The position numbers and the translations under genes are program-made. From a virus (Duplodnaviria; Caudoviricetes): 52,590 bases of DNA. The stretch lies in the IMG/VR virus record IMGVR_UViG_3300004457_000145, positions 1-52,590 of that record. The stretch is one strand, 5' to 3'. The notes under the pieces were generated by a model. It searched no databases. It had not been told where the DNA came from and saw only the letters and a list, made by a program, of their open reading frames with translations. Position 1 is the stretch's first letter. Every line of letters begins with the position of its first letter. Below are positions 49,240-52,590 of this stretch, in pieces.

Positions 49240-49508
49240 TGTCTACAGAAACTGAAGAGAAAAAAGATCTTAAAACTTTAGATGAAGTTTGGGATACGTT
49301 CTCGGAGCGACTTGCTGATGCTAGAGTAGCTCTAATAAATAAGAGAGAAGAGATTGAAAAACAAACAGAAATCTCTACGCGAATTGATCTAACAGAACAT
49401 CACGATCTACAGATCATGGTGCATAAGTTAGAAGCAGCACTTGAAACTCTTAACGTAGTTAGAGTCGAGTGTTTAGGACTAGAATCATTAATCAATTATG
49501 AGGTATAA
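49239..49508 (+). CDS. Small helical/coiled-coil hypothetical protein
   Basis: 89 aa, coupled to the previous gene via TAATG, GAGG RBS. Confidence 0.75.
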   Translation: MSTETEEKKDLKTLDEVWDTFSERLADARVALINKREEIEKQTEISTRIDLTEHHDLQIMVHKLEAALETLNVVRVECLGLESLINYEV

Positions 49509-49510
49509 AA

Positions 49511-49696
49511 ATGGATACTGAACAACTTAAAAAGAATTTTGACGATCAACTTGCTCAAACTCTAAAGCAAATTGGGGAACTCAAAGAAAATCTAAAGAAG
49601 GCAGAGGAATATAAACTGAAGCTAGAGGGAGGTCTTGAAACCTTGCTTATGTTGAATCCTCCAGAAGAAGAAGCAGCAGAAGCACCAGCAGAATAA
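49511..49696 (+). CDS. Small coiled-coil hypothetical protein
   Basis: 61 aa, GAGGT RBS, heptad pattern, acidic tail. Confidence 0.8.
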   Translation: MDTEQLKKNFDDQLAQTLKQIGELKENLKKAEEYKLKLEGGLETLLMLNPPEEEAAEAPAE

Positions 49697-49700
49697 CTCT

Positions 49701-49736
49701 AAGTCCCTGCCTGATAAATACAGGTAGGGACTTTTT
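49701..49736 (+). terminator. Rho-independent terminator with late promoter ATAAATA as its loop
   Basis: AAGTCCCTGCCTG-ataaata-CAGGTAGGGACTT (13-bp stem, one G-U pair) running into TTTTT. Confidence 0.85.
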
Positions 49737-49748
49737 GTATCTAGGTGC

Positions 49749-50579
49749 ATGGCTTCACCATCAAGTAAATCAGAATTAATTGATTTCTGTAAGCGTCAAC
49801 TGGGAGCACCAGTGCTGCAAATTAATATTGCAGACGAACAGGCAGATGATATTATTGATCAATCAATGCAATACTATCACGAGTATCATTTTGATGGTGT
49901 TGAAAGGATGTATCTGAAGCACAAGTTTACTGAGGATGATGTTACTCGTTTTACAGAATCTGATCAAGATACTACTGCTCCAAACTCAGATGCTTGGGAA
50001 AATAGAAATAACTATATTGAAGTTCCTGATGCAGTAATTGGTATTGCCAAAGTATTTGGTGTTTCCTCAAACTTTATGAGGAACAACTTGTTTGGTATGA
50101 GTAATCAATATTATTTGATGGACCTGTTTTCATTCTCTTCAGGTTCTGGTTTTGCTTTTGGCAACTTTGATCTTACCAACTATTACATGATCAAGCAGCA
50201 TTTTGAAACCATTGATATGGTTATCAATACAGGTGCGTTTGTTGAGTATAGATTTAATAAAAGACAAGATCGTTTATATCTTGATATAGATACAACAAGA
50301 ATTGTAGAGGATCAGTATCTACTTATTGATTGTTATCGTTATTTAAATCCAGACGATTTTACTCAAGTTTATAATGATAGTTTTGTCAAGAGATATGCTA
50401 CTGCTCTAATGAAGAGACAGTGGGGACAAAACCTAATCAAGTATAACGCAGTTCAACTTCCTGGTGGTGTTACCCTTAATGGTCGCCAAATTTGGGAAGA
50501 CGGCAACAATGAAGTGAAAGAACTGGAGTCAAGAATGATGACAGATTACTCACTCCCACCCATGGATATGATCGGATAA
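49749..50579 (+). CDS. gp13: Neck protein gp13
   Basis: ELIDFCKRQLGAPVLQINI..EYHFDG; KRQWGQNLIKY..VQLPGGVTLNG; PPMDMIG. Confidence 0.95.
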   Translation: MASPSSKSELIDFCKRQLGAPVLQINIADEQADDIIDQSMQYYHEYHFDGVERMYLKHKFTEDDVTRFTESDQDTTAPNSDAWENRNNYIEVPDAVIGIAKVFGVSSNFMRNNLFGMSNQYYLMDLFSFSSGSGFAFGNFDLTNYYMIKQHFETIDMVINTGAFVEYRFNKRQDRLYLDIDTTRIVEDQYLLIDCYRYLNPDDFTQVYNDSFVKRYATALMKRQWGQNLIKYNAVQLPGGVTLNGRQIWEDGNNEVKELESRMMTDYSLPPMDMIG

Positions 50580-50580
50580 G

Positions 50581-51459
50581 ATGCCTACTAGTCCTTATTT
50601 TCCAAGTTATTACGGTGGCACGTCTGGCGAGCAAGGTCTCGTTCAGGATCTTGTGGATGAACAGATTAAACTGTTCGGCACAGATATCTACTACCTACCA
50701 AGAACTATCATTACAGATGGTGTCCTAGACGATATCATCTATAATAAGTTTGAGAGTCAGTTTCAAATAGAGATGCTCTTACAGAACGTAGAAGGTTTTG
50801 GGTCACCATCAGAATTTATCAGCAAGTTTGGACTTCGTATTACCGACGAGGTTCGCTTTGTTGTGTCTCAACGTAGATGGGATGATGCAGCAGCAGGTTA
50901 CACTCTTACTGTCCCTGGTCGTCCTAACGAGGGCGATCTACTTTACTTCCCACTTACAGAAGATATTTACGAGATCAAGTTTGTAGAAAGAGAAGATCCA
51001 TTCTACCAGTTAGGTAAGATCTACTTCTACACTATGACTGCTGAGATCTATGAGTATGGTAGTGATGACATCTCTACAGGTGTTGAAGAGATCGATGCTC
51101 TTGAAAGTCTGTTTAGTAGTGCCATTGCTCTCACTCTTTCTGTTGGTGGAACAGGAGAATTTACTGATGGAGAAACTGTTACAGGTAGCACTACTGGAAC
51201 AGAAGCAGAAGTGAAGTCTTGGGATAGTGCAACTAGAGTTATGCAAGTAATTAATAGAACAGGAACTTTTGCCACAGGAGAAGCTATTACTGGAAATACT
51301 AGTAGTGCTGTCTGGGTAGTAGGAACCTTCGATACTCTAAATAATACGAACAGCGAGTATGATCAAAATCGAGAGATCGAAGATGCCGCTGATAACATCA
51401 TTGATTGGACCGAAGGTAATCCATTTGGTGAGTCTGGAAATTTTACGGGTAGTATCTAA
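50581..51459 (+). CDS. gp14: Neck protein gp14
   Basis: EQGLVQDLVDEQIKLFGTDIYYLPR; SKFGL; RPNEGDLLYFP; FYQLGK; NPFGE. Confidence 0.95.
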   Translation: MPTSPYFPSYYGGTSGEQGLVQDLVDEQIKLFGTDIYYLPRTIITDGVLDDIIYNKFESQFQIEMLLQNVEGFGSPSEFISKFGLRITDEVRFVVSQRRWDDAAAGYTLTVPGRPNEGDLLYFPLTEDIYEIKFVEREDPFYQLGKIYFYTMTAEIYEYGSDDISTGVEEIDALESLFSSAIALTLSVGGTGEFTDGETVTGSTTGTEAEVKSWDSATRVMQVINRTGTFATGEAITGNTSSAVWVVGTFDTLNNTNSEYDQNREIEDAADNIIDWTEGNPFGESGNFTGSI

Positions 51460-52259
51460 TGTTTGGATCTCATTTTTATAACGAAATTATTCGTAAAAAT
51501 ATTGTCGGATTTGGAACCCTGTTCAATAATATTTCCCTCAAAAAAATTGATCCTTCTGACAACTCTGTATTAGAAGAAGAGAAAGTTCCTTTGGCATATG
51601 GTCCAAAGGCAAAGTTCTTAACACGTCTAGAGCAGAATCCAGATGTTGGGAGAAAGATTGCTATTACATTACCACGTATCTACTTTGAGATGACTGGTAT
51701 TCAGTATGACTCATCAAGAAAGACATCTCCAATTCAAAAATACAGAAAGGTTCAAATTGAAGATGGTAATGAAGTAGCAGAACAGTATGTTCCTGTTCCA
51801 TATACTCTTGAATTTCAACTTGGTATTATTGCTAAGTCTCAGGATGATGGACTTCAAATTCTTGAGCAGATTCTTCCCTACTTCCAACCATCTTTTAATA
51901 TCACTCTCAACATGATTCCAGACATGGATGAGAAAAGAGATGTTGCTATTACATTGAACAATGTTCAGTATGATGATGCATGGGATGATGGTTTTCTTGA
52001 GCGTAGATATATTACATGGGAGTTATCATTTACTGCTAAGTCTTACATCTATGGTCCTTATGATCAAGCAAGTGTTATCAACAAAGCAATTGTTTATGAG
52101 GGTATTAACGCTACTGTTCCACAAAGAACTACTAAAGTTACATACACACCCAAAGCATTAGAAGACTATAACAATGATGGCACTATAGATTATCAAGATG
52201 ATCAACTAGTTGTAGCATCAGATGACTTTGGATTTAATGAAGGGATTGAAATACTATGA
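51459..52259 (+). CDS. gp15: Tail sheath stabiliser/terminator gp15
   Basis: HFYNEIIRKNIVGFGTLFNNI; VPLAYGPK; LPRIYFE; QILEQILPYFQP. Confidence 0.95.
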   Translation: MFGSHFYNEIIRKNIVGFGTLFNNISLKKIDPSDNSVLEEEKVPLAYGPKAKFLTRLEQNPDVGRKIAITLPRIYFEMTGIQYDSSRKTSPIQKYRKVQIEDGNEVAEQYVPVPYTLEFQLGIIAKSQDDGLQILEQILPYFQPSFNITLNMIPDMDEKRDVAITLNNVQYDDAWDDGFLERRYITWELSFTAKSYIYGPYDQASVINKAIVYEGINATVPQRTTKVTYTPKALEDYNNDGTIDYQDDQLVVASDDFGFNEGIEIL

Positions 52260-52590
52260 GTAAGTTTGAGGATAATATGGAAGATATGTTTGATATTGAA
52301 GTTGAAGCAACTGAAATTGAACCTTCAAAACCTAAACCTCCCAGAGAAGCAGATAAGGATGATCAGACAAAAGACTATGAGTTTACTCGTGGTCAACTCT
52401 ATAACTTGCTCAGCAAGGGACAGGAGGCGTTAGACGGGGCGTTAGAGGTTGCTCAGGAGTCAGGGCACCCTAGAGCGTATGAAGTCGCTGTGAACGCCAT
52501 GAAGCAGGTTGCAGACGCTTCTGATAAACTTATAGATCTACAGAAAAAGATGAAGGATCTAGAAGCACCCACAAAAAATTCAGTCAATAA
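52256..52590 (+). CDS. gp16: Terminase small subunit gp16 (partial, runs off window)
   Basis: ATG 52256: MSKFEDNMEDMFDI...DYEFTRGQLYNLLSKGQEALDGALEVAQESGHPRAYEV...KLIDLQKKMKDL; follows gp15 as in T4. Confidence 0.92.
   Translation, partial: MSKFEDNMEDMFDIEVEATEIEPSKPKPPREADKDDQTKDYEFTRGQLYNLLSKGQEALDGALEVAQESGHPRAYEVAVNAMKQVADASDKLIDLQKKMKDLEAPTKNSVN

Noticed and set aside
1353-52161. Numerous 60-160 aa minus-strand and alternate-frame ORFs in the track
   Set aside because: All lie within long + strand genes with clear family motifs. They have no recognisable motifs and are expected shadows of biased codon usage.

Overview
Late (structural) gene region of a large T4-like marine cyanomyovirus (Synechococcus/Prochlorococcus myovirus type). 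All credible genes are on the + strand and densely packed. Order: three small hypothetical genes, gp25, gp6, a giant gp7-like baseplate wedge protein (3328 aa), gp8, a VrlC/DUF4815-type structural protein (2757 aa), two giant fibre-like proteins (1278 and 3495 aa), three paralogous glycine-rich adhesin-like proteins and a putative fibre chaperone. An AT-richer enzyme island follows (two flavin-dependent halogenases, six Fe(II)/2OG or JmjC oxygenases, one unknown), then two small coiled-coil genes, gp13, gp14, gp15 and the start of gp16. T4-type late promoters (TATAAATA/CTAAATA/ATAAATA) punctuate the region, two of them in the loops of strong hairpins. Most notable: (1) the halogenase/oxygenase cassette directly behind the Tyr/His-rich Gly-rich fibre-tip genes, a candidate virion-protein modification system; (2) phycobiliprotein-like helical modules with Cys at bilin-attachment-like positions inside the 3495-aa fibre; (3) nested domain-within-domain architecture in that fibre; (4) a cupredoxin-like His/Cys/His/Met site in the 1278-aa fibre. 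All family assignments come from motif recognition by eye, with no database search.
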